From a virus, in IMG/VR virus record IMGVR_UViG_3300045988_166150, positions 1-64,000 of that record: 64,000 bases of DNA; one strand, 5' to 3'. Below the pieces are notes generated by a model. That model was not told where the DNA came from, did not search any database, and worked only from the letters and a program-made list of their open reading frames with translations. The translations under genes were made by a program, and so were the position numbers. Positions 8,529 to 18,289 of the stretch are shown here, piece after piece. Numbering within the stretch: the first letter of the stretch is position 1; every line of letters starts with the position of its first letter.

Positions 8529-8740
8529 TAAAAATCTTATCCCAAAAGATAAGCCATTAAAAGTTGAAATAATGAAACCAAAAAAAATATATGGTAGCTG
8601 AGGTTAATGATAAGGAATTAATTATGTGTTTTTATAGCCCTGAAACAGCTGTTGAAGCATATATAAATAAAGAATCAGCAATAAATTTAGCACATATGAT
8701 TTTAAAAAATTTCAATAATTATGATGAAGGAGAAAATTAA
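8518..8740 (+). CDS. small ORF split at an A8 run (8518..8601 in frame 0; 8591..8740 in the +1 frame)
   Basis: second half has no Shine-Dalgarno; removing one A from 8580-8587 fuses the two halves. Confidence 0.35.
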
Positions 8741-9106
8741 ATGAATAATAATAAAATAGAAGAATTGCAAGAGAGATTAGAAGAATTGCATAGAATACAA
8801 CAAGCTAGGTTAGATGTAGGTGCTGATGATTTAGACATAAGAGAAGAAATTGCAGAAGCGGAAGATGAAATCAAAGAATTAGAAGATGATATAAATGAAA
8901 AAAATAATAATGGTAACGACACAAATGTCGGTAGCATAGAAAATAGTATAGAAGAAGATATAACAGAATTAAGAGAAATGATAGACAGTGATATTGAAGC
9001 AGCTGGAGGGTTAGAAAATTTTAATCAATATTGGTGTTCAGTAGAGGCAATTACAAGTTGGATTGATAGAGTATTAGATATCGTAGAGAGGATAAATAAA
9101 AAATGA
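8741..9106 (+). CDS. acidic coiled-coil hypothetical protein
   Basis: ORF track; Shine-Dalgarno upstream. Confidence 0.65.
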   Translation: MNNNKIEELQERLEELHRIQQARLDVGADDLDIREEIAEAEDEIKELEDDINEKNNNGNDTNVGSIENSIEEDITELREMIDSDIEAAGGLENFNQYWCSVEAITSWIDRVLDIVERINKK

Positions 9107-9399
9107 ATTTAGATGATTTATTAAACGAAATGAGCGAAAAAATGAGAAACAGAGATTTATCTGATGAATATTTAAGAAAACATGATAATTCTACAAGAGA
9201 AGAAATTGGAATAGGAGAATATGCATATGGAATCACAATGATACCTTGTAAATGGGTTTATGAATATTTATCAGATTATAAAAGAGTATTAAAAGAGAAT
9301 GAAGAATTAAAAGAAATATATAGAAGTGAAAAGAAAATGAAAAATGAATATGTAAAACTTTATCAAGATTTATTATTAAAAAAAGAAAGTGAGGAATAA
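9103..9399 (+). CDS. hypothetical protein
   Basis: ORF track; ATGA overlap. Confidence 0.65.
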   Translation: MNLDDLLNEMSEKMRNRDLSDEYLRKHDNSTREEIGIGEYAYGITMIPCKWVYEYLSDYKRVLKENEELKEIYRSEKKMKNEYVKLYQDLLLKKESEE

Positions 9400-9405
9400 A
9401 ATAAT

Positions 9406-9894
9406 ATGTTAATAATTATATGTGTATTGATTTTAATAATACTTATAATTGGTAGTGCACTTATGCAAGATAATAGAGATAATGTTTGTATGCTTGGAAT
9501 TGCAATTACAGGATTTAGTGGTTTTTGTTTCCTTATTGCTGGTGCTTATTTATTGTACACCATAGACAATGTAATGGAATTAAAAATAATAGACCAACAA
9601 ATAGAAATGTACCAAGAAGAAAATAGTAATATTCAAAATTCTATTTCAGAAATAATAGGAAATTATATGAATTATGAGCAAGGAACGTACGCTAAAAGCT
9701 TAGAAAGTATGGATTTAAAAAGTTTAGATATTGTTGTGCTATCCCAATTATATCCAGCTTTAAAAGCAAATGAAATGGTTAATCAACAAATAAATATATA
9801 CCAAGAAAATAACAATAAAGTTAAAGAATTAAAAGAAAAGAAATTAGAATGTAAACTTTCAAAATGGTGGCTATATTTTGGGAAGGTGGATTAA
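9406..9894 (+). CDS. membrane protein (two N-terminal TM helices)
   Basis: hydrophobic N-terminus in the translation. Confidence 0.7.
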   Translation: MLIIICVLILIILIIGSALMQDNRDNVCMLGIAITGFSGFCFLIAGAYLLYTIDNVMELKIIDQQIEMYQEENSNIQNSISEIIGNYMNYEQGTYAKSLESMDLKSLDIVVLSQLYPALKANEMVNQQINIYQENNNKVKELKEKKLECKLSKWWLYFGKVD

Positions 9895-9895
9895 A

Positions 9896-10132
9896 ATGGA
9901 AATAAATTGGATAATATATGGATATATTGCTTTGATTTTAGCAATAATAACATTAGTATATTTTATAATTAAAGATATGGATTATTTGACGTTGGATATT
10001 TTGATAGAAGATATAACAGAAGCATTAATCTTATCTATTGGCTGGGCAATTAATTTCCCTTTATTGGCTTTAAGTAACATTATAATGGCATTGCTATTTA
10101 TAATTTTTGGGGTTGGAGACGATGAAGAATAA
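9896..10132 (+). CDS. small membrane protein (ATG 9896 preferred)
   Basis: hydrophobic helices in the translation. Confidence 0.6.
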   Translation: MEINWIIYGYIALILAIITLVYFIIKDMDYLTLDILIEDITEALILSIGWAINFPLLALSNIIMALLFIIFGVGDDEE

Positions 10133-10143
10133 TGAAAAAATAC

Positions 10144-10172
10144 TTGACAAAATTAAAAGTTTATGATAGAAT
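10144..10172 (+). promoter_or_regulatory. promoter TTGACA-17nt-TAGAAT (TG-extended)
   Basis: read directly. Confidence 0.65.
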
Positions 10173-10203
10173 AAGAATAAATAATTAATTAGGAGGAGTT
10201 TTT

Positions 10204-10680
10204 ATGAAAAAAGAAATAGACCAAAAATTAATACAAAAATTGCCACAAGATTTAAGAAGTACAGAAAGCTTATTGGAGTATATTGAGGAATTAGAAAATG
10301 AAATCAAAAGATTAAACAAAGAACAAGAAGATACTTTTCACATAGTTGTAACATATCAGGGCATAAAATACGATGTAGATACTCAAATAAAGAGAAAATT
10401 TAAAGATGGAGAATATGTTTATTTAGCAGATGATGGGCAAAATCCAACTAAAGTAGAAATATTAGGGACAAAAGTATTTTGTACAGGAATTGACCAAGAT
10501 TTTATAATAACTGAAACAATATATAATCCGAACATTAAGAAAGCAGAAGAAAGATTATACCAAAATCTTTATAAAAAGAAGAAAGATGCAATTGAAGCTT
10601 ATTATAATTATCATTATGGGCAATTATATCAACAAAGTCCAGCATATAAAAAATATTTAAAAGAAAGTGGTGATGAATAA
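10204..10680 (+). CDS. hypothetical protein
   Basis: ORF track; TAGGAGG upstream. Confidence 0.7.
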   Translation: MKKEIDQKLIQKLPQDLRSTESLLEYIEELENEIKRLNKEQEDTFHIVVTYQGIKYDVDTQIKRKFKDGEYVYLADDGQNPTKVEILGTKVFCTGIDQDFIITETIYNPNIKKAEERLYQNLYKKKKDAIEAYYNYHYGQLYQQSPAYKKYLKESGDE

Positions 10681-11258
10681 TGGAAGAAAATTTAGAAAAT
10701 ATAGAATTTACCGACCATGTTTTAGAAAGATACGTTGAAAGAACTATGAATAAAACTGGCAATGAAATAAAACAATTTTTAGCTCAAAATTCAGAGCAAG
10801 TAAAACAACAAATATTAAAACTATATCAATATTCGGAACCATTTTGGTATGGGAAAAATAAAGACCATAATTATACTTATTTTAGAATTAACAAAAATGG
10901 TTGGTTAATTGTTGTAGACAGAAATAAAACAAAATTAATAACACTTTACAAAGTTGATTTAGGATTAGGTGAAGATTTTAACAAACAATATATTTCTGAA
11001 ATGATAAAATTTGTTTCAGAGAAAAACCACGAAATAGAAAATGATAAAACAATCTATGATACTACTGTTACAGAAACAAATAACACTATTGAAGATTTAA
11101 AATCACAAAATAATTTATTACAAGCTCAAATAAATAATCATAATGATACTATAAAATTGTTGGAAAATCAAAAAAATATTATGCTAGATAAAATCTCAAT
11201 AGAAGAACAACAATTAAAGGCAAAAATAGAAAAATTTATTGGTGCAAAAATATTTTAA
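10680..11258 (+). CDS. hypothetical protein with a C-terminal coiled coil
   Basis: ORF track. Confidence 0.7.
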   Translation: MEENLENIEFTDHVLERYVERTMNKTGNEIKQFLAQNSEQVKQQILKLYQYSEPFWYGKNKDHNYTYFRINKNGWLIVVDRNKTKLITLYKVDLGLGEDFNKQYISEMIKFVSEKNHEIENDKTIYDTTVTETNNTIEDLKSQNNLLQAQINNHNDTIKLLENQKNIMLDKISIEEQQLKAKIEKFIGAKIF

Positions 11259-11270
11259 GGAGAAATAAAT

Positions 11271-11636
11271 ATGTTTATTAAGAAAAGTAAATATCAAGAA
11301 AAATTACAGTTAATTGATGGCTTAAAAAAAATGAATAGTGATAAATATGATAAAATACAAGATTTGCAATTAAAAATTTCCGATTTAGAAGGTCAAAACA
11401 ATAGTTTAAACTCCTATTTTGGTAAATTACAAGAAGAAAATCAAAAATTAATCAATTGGATTGAGAGAATAATTAATGATTTAGGAGCATATGAAGTACC
11501 AGAAGATAATGTAATAAGGATTCCTATTTATAAGAGAAAAATGTATGAAGAGACTAATATGGAAGATGTGGAAGAAGTAATACTGCCCCAAGTAACTTAT
11601 ATGTCTAAAAAATTAAAAGGAGTAAATAGTCTATGA
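11271..11636 (+). CDS. hypothetical coiled-coil protein
   Basis: ORF track. Confidence 0.65.
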   Translation: MFIKKSKYQEKLQLIDGLKKMNSDKYDKIQDLQLKISDLEGQNNSLNSYFGKLQEENQKLINWIERIINDLGAYEVPEDNVIRIPIYKRKMYEETNMEDVEEVILPQVTYMSKKLKGVNSL

Positions 11637-12025
11637 ATAAAAATGATTTTAAATTAAACGATAATGTTGAGATAACGGTGTATAGTTATGATGATTATGG
11701 AACAGAATATGTGAAAAATGTTGCTGGGAAAATTATACAATTAACTAATGATTTAATTGTACTTGACAAGGGAAAATATAAAGAAAGTTTTAAATATTGC
11801 GAACTTTCACCTAACAAACCCAATTCAATAATGGGAGAACCTTACGATTTGTCTATTGAAACTTATAAGGAAGATATAGTCAAAAACTGTTTAGAAGATT
11901 TAAAAAGAAAAGGTAAAGGGTTTGTATTTACAAAAGAAGAACTTAATGAAGTAAAGTCTCATTTAGAAAATGGCAAATTTATTAGTAGAAAAAGTGATGG
12001 CACATTTATTATAGAAAAAATTTAA
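11633..12025 (+). CDS. hypothetical protein
   Basis: ORF track. Confidence 0.65.
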   Translation: MNKNDFKLNDNVEITVYSYDDYGTEYVKNVAGKIIQLTNDLIVLDKGKYKESFKYCELSPNKPNSIMGEPYDLSIETYKEDIVKNCLEDLKRKGKGFVFTKEELNEVKSHLENGKFISRKSDGTFIIEKI

Positions 12026-12042
12026 GAATTTTTTAAAAACAC

Positions 12043-12071
12043 TTGACATTAGATTAAAAAAATGTTATAAT
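12043..12071 (+). promoter_or_regulatory. promoter TTGACA-17nt-TATAAT
   Basis: read directly. Confidence 0.7.
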
Positions 12072-12153
12072 TTATTATAGGAAAATGAAAGATTTGTGCC
12101 CAGAAATCTAGTAATTTTATAAAAATAAAATAGAAAAGGAATGATTTATAGAT

Positions 12154-12477
12154 ATGTTAAATAGTAATTTTAGTGGTGAAGTAATGATTTTTAAAAATGA
12201 TAAAGGATTTTATTCAACAACTTTATCAAAGAAAAATCAAGATGGAAGTTATGCAAATGCCTATGTGGCAGTTTCATTTAAGAAAGGTGTAGATATACCA
12301 AACAAAACAAAAATAAATATTAAAAATGGTTTTTTAACTTTTGACCAATATCAAAAAGAAGGAAAAACAATTACAAATTTAAAAATATTTGTTACAGAAT
12401 ACGAAGGTGCTGGAGCTACTCAAATAAAAATGGCAAGTAAAATTCAAGACGAGTCTGATTCGGATTTACCCTTCTAA
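12154..12477 (+). CDS. ssb: short SSB-like OB-fold protein
   Basis: C-terminal acidic tip ...DESDSDLPF resembles the SSB DDDIPF tail; own promoter. Confidence 0.55.
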   Translation: MLNSNFSGEVMIFKNDKGFYSTTLSKKNQDGSYANAYVAVSFKKGVDIPNKTKINIKNGFLTFDQYQKEGKTITNLKIFVTEYEGAGATQIKMASKIQDESDSDLPF

Positions 12478-12530
12478 TAAATTTTAATTACAAATACTGG
12501 GCGTTTGTAATTCTATAGAAAGGAAAAACA

Positions 12531-12896
12531 ATGGATATAAATTTTATAGAAATAATGTTATCAAATTATACAACATATAAGATAGAAAATAATAACATAG
12601 TCGATTGTTTTTGTGATATTGAGGAAGATAAAGTTAAAGATACAGATATGGTTATAAAAGATATACCAATAGTAAAAAGTTTAATACTTATTATAAAAGA
12701 TTTATCTCAAGTAATTCCTTATGATAATGATGATTTTGATATTGCTAATGGACAAATATCACAAATAGCGATTTATAAGAAAAACGGAAGTATAATTTCT
12801 GGATATGTGGATTTGGGAGAAGATGAAAAAAATTTAAACCAAAAAATATATGAAGATACAAAAGGTAATATTTATTTAACAATAGAAGAAAATTAA
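12531..12896 (+). CDS. hypothetical protein
   Basis: ORF track. Confidence 0.65.
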   Translation: MDINFIEIMLSNYTTYKIENNNIVDCFCDIEEDKVKDTDMVIKDIPIVKSLILIIKDLSQVIPYDNDDFDIANGQISQIAIYKKNGSIISGYVDLGEDEKNLNQKIYEDTKGNIYLTIEEN

Positions 12897-12924
12897 AATT
12901 TTTTAAAAATGTTTATAAAAACAC

Positions 12925-12953
12925 TTGACTTTTTCTAAAAAGTATGTTAAAAT
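12925..12953 (+). promoter_or_regulatory. promoter TTGACT-17nt-TAAAAT (TG-extended)
   Basis: read directly. Confidence 0.6.
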
Positions 12954-12978
12954 ACTATATAGAAAAGGAGAGATAGAT

Positions 12979-13875
12979 ATGAAAGAATTAGAAAGATTTT
13001 TAAACACAATAACTTCAAAAGGAACAAGAAAGGCATATGAAGCAAATATAAATTTATTTTTAGAATACAAAGGCATAGATAATTTGGAAGATTTCAAGAA
13101 ACTTACAATGGATGATTATTATGAGTGGAGAAATTATTTATTATCAGACAAAAACAACACAGGGAACACTATTAAACCTAAATTAAGTGCAATAAGCTCT
13201 TTTTATAGTTATTTGATGGCAAATCCTACTTATGGAGTAACTTCAAATCCAATAATAATAGGAGAATTACACAAAAAGACAAAAGCTCAGGTAAATCCTG
13301 AAAATACAACATGGCTTACAAAACAAGAAGCAGTAAATTTTATGAGTCAATGTAGAAATACAAGGGAGACAGCAATGTGCGCTATATTTTTAAATACAGG
13401 TCTTCGTGTCAGTGAAGTTATAGGGTTAGAATTAAATAAATATGAAAAATTTCCAAATGAACATGGCGAAATATGTTCTCATATATTGGTTCACAGAAAA
13501 GGTGGAAAATTACAAGTTGTTGAATTTAATCCTTATGTAACAGAGAAGATAGACAACTATATCAAAGAAAGAAAAGTTACAGATTGTAAAAATTTATTTG
13601 TTTCTAATAATGGTCAACCAATGTCTACACAAAGTATAGATAGAACAATCCATAAAATCCAAAAAAGAGCAGGTATAACAAAAGATATTTCTGCTCATAG
13701 TTTGAGAAGAACAGCAGCAACAACTATGTATAAAATGGGATTTGGAATTAAGGAGATACAAGATGTTTTAGGACATAGTAGTTCAGGTACAACAGATATA
13801 TATTTAAAAGGATTAGATGGTAGTGCAAACAATGTATTCAGAAACTTTTGTATTAAAGGAGAAAACAATGAATAA
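12979..13875 (+). CDS. int: tyrosine recombinase / phage integrase (XerC/D-like)
   Basis: AHSLRRTAATTMY ... LGHSSSGTTDIYL catalytic R-H-R-Y region; ATG 12979 after AAAGGAG. Confidence 0.9.
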   Translation: MKELERFLNTITSKGTRKAYEANINLFLEYKGIDNLEDFKKLTMDDYYEWRNYLLSDKNNTGNTIKPKLSAISSFYSYLMANPTYGVTSNPIIIGELHKKTKAQVNPENTTWLTKQEAVNFMSQCRNTRETAMCAIFLNTGLRVSEVIGLELNKYEKFPNEHGEICSHILVHRKGGKLQVVEFNPYVTEKIDNYIKERKVTDCKNLFVSNNGQPMSTQSIDRTIHKIQKRAGITKDISAHSLRRTAATTMYKMGFGIKEIQDVLGHSSSGTTDIYLKGLDGSANNVFRNFCIKGENNE

Positions 13876-14500
13876 AATTAAAATATTATTAATTATATGT
13901 GTGAGTATTGGAGTAGGATTATATTTTAGAACAAATAAAAAAGCAGGAATTCAATTAACAGATATAAAACCTTATGAAGCTATAAGTAATATAAAAATCA
14001 ATCAAAATATTCCTATTCCGGAAAACATTAAACAAGAAATGAAAGCAAGAGAAGAAGAAAAGATAAGACTTCAAAAAGAAGAACAAGAAAAAATAAGACT
14101 TGAACAATTAGAGAAAGAACGCATAGAAAAAGAAGAAAAGGCTAAAGAAATTTCTAAAACAACTTCTCGTGGCAACATAGATAGAAATATCGAATGGGTA
14201 AGATTTACTGCTACTGGTTATTGCCCTTGTAAAAAATGTTGTGGCAAAACAAATGGAATGACAGCTTCTGGTGCAAAAGCTCAAGCTGGAGTAACAGTTG
14301 CTATGCCAAAAGGTTATTCTTTTGGAACCGAATTATTAATTAAAGACACAAACGATAATTTATTAAATGGTGGGAAATCTTATATCGTTCAAGATAGAGG
14401 TGGAGCAATAAAAAATAAAAAGATAGATATATTTTTTAATTCTCATGCAGAAGCTCTAAAATTTGGGAAAAGAACAGTGTATTTAAAGGCGGTGGAATAA
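13868..14500 (+). CDS. membrane-anchored 3D-domain (MltA/RlpA-like) peptidoglycan hydrolase
   Basis: N-terminal TM, EK-rich linker, TATGYCPC...MTASG...YIVQDRGGAIKNKKIDIFF 3D-domain pattern. Confidence 0.75.
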   Translation: MNKIKILLIICVSIGVGLYFRTNKKAGIQLTDIKPYEAISNIKINQNIPIPENIKQEMKAREEEKIRLQKEEQEKIRLEQLEKERIEKEEKAKEISKTTSRGNIDRNIEWVRFTATGYCPCKKCCGKTNGMTASGAKAQAGVTVAMPKGYSFGTELLIKDTNDNLLNGGKSYIVQDRGGAIKNKKIDIFFNSHAEALKFGKRTVYLKAVE

Positions 14501-14658
14501 TGAATATATCCAACACTTTTTATAAAAACGACAATGATGAGATACAATATAATGAAACCTGTTCAAAATGTAAATATAAATGTAAACAAAGTTTTAGGAC
14601 AGAAATAATGACTTGTAAATACTTAAAAGAACTTAAAAAGAAAGGAAAGAAAAAATGA
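14500..14658 (+). CDS. small Cys-rich protein, 52 aa (below track cutoff)
   Basis: ATG overlaps the upstream stop; ATGA overlap with the next start. Confidence 0.4.
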   Translation: MNISNTFYKNDNDEIQYNETCSKCKYKCKQSFRTEIMTCKYLKELKKKGKKK

Positions 14659-15824
14659 GTTTATATTTTGATTATGCCGCAACAGCTCCAGTTAATGCTG
14701 AAATATTAGATAATATTTTATCGGATTATAATACAGATGTTTTATTTGGAAATCCTTCAAGCACTCATACGAATGGTATATTAGCGAGAGAGATTTTAGA
14801 ACAAGCAAGAATAGATATTTCTGAACTTTTAGGCTGTCAGGCTAATGAGATATTCTTTACAAGTGGTGGAACAGAAAGTGACAATATGGCTTTAAAAGGA
14901 ATTATGTTGAAATATAAAGTAAGTCCATATTATCATTTTGAAAACAATGCTCAACTAATTACTTCAACTATAGAACACCCCGCTATTTTAAATACTTGCA
15001 AAGAATTAGAAAAGTTAGGATATACAATACATTATGTAAAACCAGATGAAAATGGTATAATTAACCCAAAAGATGTAGAAAGACTTATTAATCCTGCCAC
15101 TAAGCTTATAAGTATAATGGCAATAAATAATGAGATAGGAACAATAGAACCAATTAATGAAATAGCAAAAATTGCACACGACCATAATGTTTTATTCCAT
15201 AGTGATATGGTTCAGGGCGTAGGATTATATAATATAGATTTGTCAAATGTTGACTTGGCTTCATTTTCAGGTCATAAATTTGGTGCAATAAAAGGAACTG
15301 GGATTTTATATAAAAAAACAGGAATTGACATTGAACCTATATTAAAAGGCGGAGGTCAAGAAAACGGGTTAAGAAGTGGAACAGAAAATGTTTTGGGTGC
15401 TTTAGATATGGCTGATTGTTTAAGATATACTATTGACAAGTGGAATTCTAAAAACAAATATGAATTAAGAGAAAACTTTAACGCATTAGTTAATAAATTA
15501 TATGCTGAATTTGGAGATAGGGTTTATAAAATATCAAATGATTTTGGTGAACCAAATCTATTAAGCATTGGCTTTGCTGGTATAGATAGTAGAACATTGC
15601 AATTGTTACTTTCTGAAGAAGAGGATATTTGTGTATCAGTTGGTTCTGCATGTCATTCTAATTCAGAAGATATATCTCATGTTATAAAGGCTATTAATGT
15701 TCCAAAAAAATATCAAAATGGTGTTATTAGAATTACAGCAACACCAGATACAACTGAACAAAGTATCTTAATATTAGGTACTGCAATTTCAAAACAATTA
15801 AGAAAAATGTATGAAGGAGAGTAA
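14655..15824 (+). CDS. nifS: cysteine desulfurase, class V aminotransferase (NifS/IscS-like)
   Basis: GNPSSTH, FTSGGTESDN, SGHKF (PLP lysine), GGGQE..RSGTEN, SVGSAC catalytic Cys loop. Confidence 0.9.
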   Translation: MSLYFDYAATAPVNAEILDNILSDYNTDVLFGNPSSTHTNGILAREILEQARIDISELLGCQANEIFFTSGGTESDNMALKGIMLKYKVSPYYHFENNAQLITSTIEHPAILNTCKELEKLGYTIHYVKPDENGIINPKDVERLINPATKLISIMAINNEIGTIEPINEIAKIAHDHNVLFHSDMVQGVGLYNIDLSNVDLASFSGHKFGAIKGTGILYKKTGIDIEPILKGGGQENGLRSGTENVLGALDMADCLRYTIDKWNSKNKYELRENFNALVNKLYAEFGDRVYKISNDFGEPNLLSIGFAGIDSRTLQLLLSEEEDICVSVGSACHSNSEDISHVIKAINVPKKYQNGVIRITATPDTTEQSILILGTAISKQLRKMYEGE

Positions 15825-15826
15825 TT

Positions 15827-16183
15827 ATGGAAGAAACAAAAGTAGATTTTGTGCCTGAAAAAGAAACTAAAAATAGTGGTAAATTTCAAGCAAAATGTTT
15901 TCATTGTAAAGAAAAAGAAGTTTTAACTACAGATAATGGTATGAAAATTAACTTACCTTATGCTTTAGTTGAAATAAAAAAAGATAAAGAAATGTTAAAA
16001 GAATTTAAAGAATATGCAAAAGAAAGTAAAATGAAATATGGTAATGAAAGAGTAATAAAAAGAAGATTAATAAATGGTTGCCCAAAATGTGGTAATACAA
16101 TAGACATTTGTTGTGCAGATTATGTAATATGTTATTCACCTAAAAAAGAAGTTAAAGAAGAAGGAGAAAAAGTAAATGGATAA
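15827..16183 (+). CDS. hypothetical zinc-ribbon protein
   Basis: CFHC ... CPKCG motifs. Confidence 0.6.
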   Translation: MEETKVDFVPEKETKNSGKFQAKCFHCKEKEVLTTDNGMKINLPYALVEIKKDKEMLKEFKEYAKESKMKYGNERVIKRRLINGCPKCGNTIDICCADYVICYSPKKEVKEEGEKVNG

Positions 16184-16421
16184 TTTAGATTTTTATAAAG
16201 AACAATTAGAAAGAATAAAAAAAGAACTTACAACAGAAGAATGTTTTAAAGATACACAAAGATATGTTAACTTAACAAGTGTATCAACAAATTTAATTGG
16301 TTTTGTTAGACAATTAGAAGGCATAAAAAAAGCTGAAGAAGAAAGAAGAAAAGAAGAAGAAGAAGAAAGAAGAAGAAAAGAAGAAACAGAACAAATTATA
16401 TCTGAAGCTCAAGCTAACTAA
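16176..16421 (+). CDS. hypothetical protein with an E/R/K-rich tail
   Basis: ORF track. Confidence 0.55.
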   Translation: MDNLDFYKEQLERIKKELTTEECFKDTQRYVNLTSVSTNLIGFVRQLEGIKKAEEERRKEEEEERRRKEETEQIISEAQAN

Positions 16422-16436
16422 ATTGGCGGTGATTAT

Positions 16437-17471
16437 ATGAATAATTTTAGATTTGTAGGTACAATATTAAAACCTAGAAACAGAGAAGATATAATAAAAA
16501 CTACTAATGGTGGAAGAAAGCAATTAAGATTAATGATTAGACAAAACGAGAATAACTCAGCATATGTAAGTATGTATGGCGACAGTTTAGTTAATGGTAA
16601 GATACCAGTGTTTTTAAAAAATGAAACTGGGCGCCGAGTAGTTGATTTTGAAAATAGATTTGATACTGAAAGACTTAGTAAAATATCTTATGCTTCAAAA
16701 TATGTTGTAAATGTAGATAATAAAGAAGTAGAATTCATTTGGAAAGATGATTTTATGGATTATGTTTATGAATTATTAACAACGCTACCAGCAAATACCA
16801 TATATGAAATTACTGGTGAATATACTATATCTTATGTAAATGGAAAAATGTATAACAATTTTAATATTAAAACATTAAAAGCTAACAATTCTTTAAGACC
16901 AGAATTTACATTGAAGATTGAATTATATTATAATTATAAATCATTAGATGAAAGTGACAAAAAAAATAAATTCACATTAAACAGCTTCATTAAACAATAT
17001 TCTTATGTTTCAAAAAAGCAAGAGTATTATCCTTTAAAAGTTGAATTTATTACAAATAGATTTGATTTTAAAAATCCAGCAGATATTGATATTATAAAGC
17101 ATAGAAAAGCCAATATGAGCCCAACGAAAGAAGAAGGATATGTAAAAGCATTATGGGAAGCTCAATATGTTAGGGGAGCACAATTAATTTTGCCACCATT
17201 AGAAACACTACCAAAAGACATACAATTTGAAATAAAAAATGCTGGGCGAGATTTACAAGAATATATGCAAAATGTAGTTGGAGAAGCTGGAGAATTTATT
17301 TGTTTGACACGACCAGATAATACTCTAAGCAAAAACGGAGAAGCATATATTTCTTTAAATTGTACTGATAATGAATTTAAAGCAAATATAAACGAAGATT
17401 TTAGAAATCAAGAATTAGAAAGTATGGATAGTATTGCAAAAGAAGAAGCAATGAACAATCCATTTAATTAG
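16437..17471 (+). CDS. hypothetical protein, possibly an OB-fold ssDNA-binding protein
   Basis: N-terminal FRFVGTI..., position next to erf; weak. Confidence 0.6.
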   Translation: MNNFRFVGTILKPRNREDIIKTTNGGRKQLRLMIRQNENNSAYVSMYGDSLVNGKIPVFLKNETGRRVVDFENRFDTERLSKISYASKYVVNVDNKEVEFIWKDDFMDYVYELLTTLPANTIYEITGEYTISYVNGKMYNNFNIKTLKANNSLRPEFTLKIELYYNYKSLDESDKKNKFTLNSFIKQYSYVSKKQEYYPLKVEFITNRFDFKNPADIDIIKHRKANMSPTKEEGYVKALWEAQYVRGAQLILPPLETLPKDIQFEIKNAGRDLQEYMQNVVGEAGEFICLTRPDNTLSKNGEAYISLNCTDNEFKANINEDFRNQELESMDSIAKEEAMNNPFN

Positions 17472-17482
17472 GAGGTTATAGA

Positions 17483-18280
17483 ATGAATAAAAAAGTATTA
17501 ATTGGAATAATTGTGGGAGTAATATTATTTTTTATAATATTGTTTTCAAGTATGACAACAATCCCTACTGGATATGTTGGAATAAAAACAAGATTTGGGC
17601 AAGTTCAAAACTCAACAATACAAGAAGGTTTAAATTTCAAAATGCCTTTTGTTGAGAAAATTGTAAAAATAGATTGTAAAACTCAAAAAGTAAGCTATGT
17701 TATGGAAGGGAGTTCAAAAGACTTACAAAAAATCTCTAATATAAATATTGCTGTAAATTATAATGTAGATAAACAAAAGGCTAATATTCTATACAGGGAA
17801 ATAGGTAAGAATTTTGACTCTGTTATAATTGAACCAGCAATATATGAAACAATGAAATCTGTAATTGCTAATTACACAGCTGAAGAATTAGTTACGAAAA
17901 GACAAGAAGTATCAAATAAAACACAAGAAATTTTAACTGCTAGATTAGAAGAAAATGGAATAAATGTTACTGCTTTAAATTTATTAGACTTATCATTCTC
18001 TAAAGAATTTGATGATGCAATTGAGAAAAAACAAATCGTAGAACAACAAACACAACAAGCTAAATATGAATTAGAAAAAGCAAAAATAGAAAATGAAAAG
18101 AAAATTGAAAATGCAAAAGCCGAAGCAGAAGTTATGAAACAACAAAATCAAGAGATTACAGAGAATACTTTGAGACTTAAAGAATTAGAAAATCAACAAA
18201 AGTTAATAGAAAAGTGGTCAGGAAACTTACCTACAACAATGACTGGTGAAGCATTGTCTATATTTAATTTAAACAAATAG
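17483..18280 (+). CDS. SPFH/band-7 (prohibitin/HflC-like) membrane protein
   Basis: N-terminal TM then VPTGYVGIKTRFGQV...EGLNFKMPFVEKI, C-terminal coiled coil. Confidence 0.85.
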   Translation: MNKKVLIGIIVGVILFFIILFSSMTTIPTGYVGIKTRFGQVQNSTIQEGLNFKMPFVEKIVKIDCKTQKVSYVMEGSSKDLQKISNINIAVNYNVDKQKANILYREIGKNFDSVIIEPAIYETMKSVIANYTAEELVTKRQEVSNKTQEILTARLEENGINVTALNLLDLSFSKEFDDAIEKKQIVEQQTQQAKYELEKAKIENEKKIENAKAEAEVMKQQNQEITENTLRLKELENQQKLIEKWSGNLPTTMTGEALSIFNLNK

Positions 18281-18289
18281 GAGGAAATT

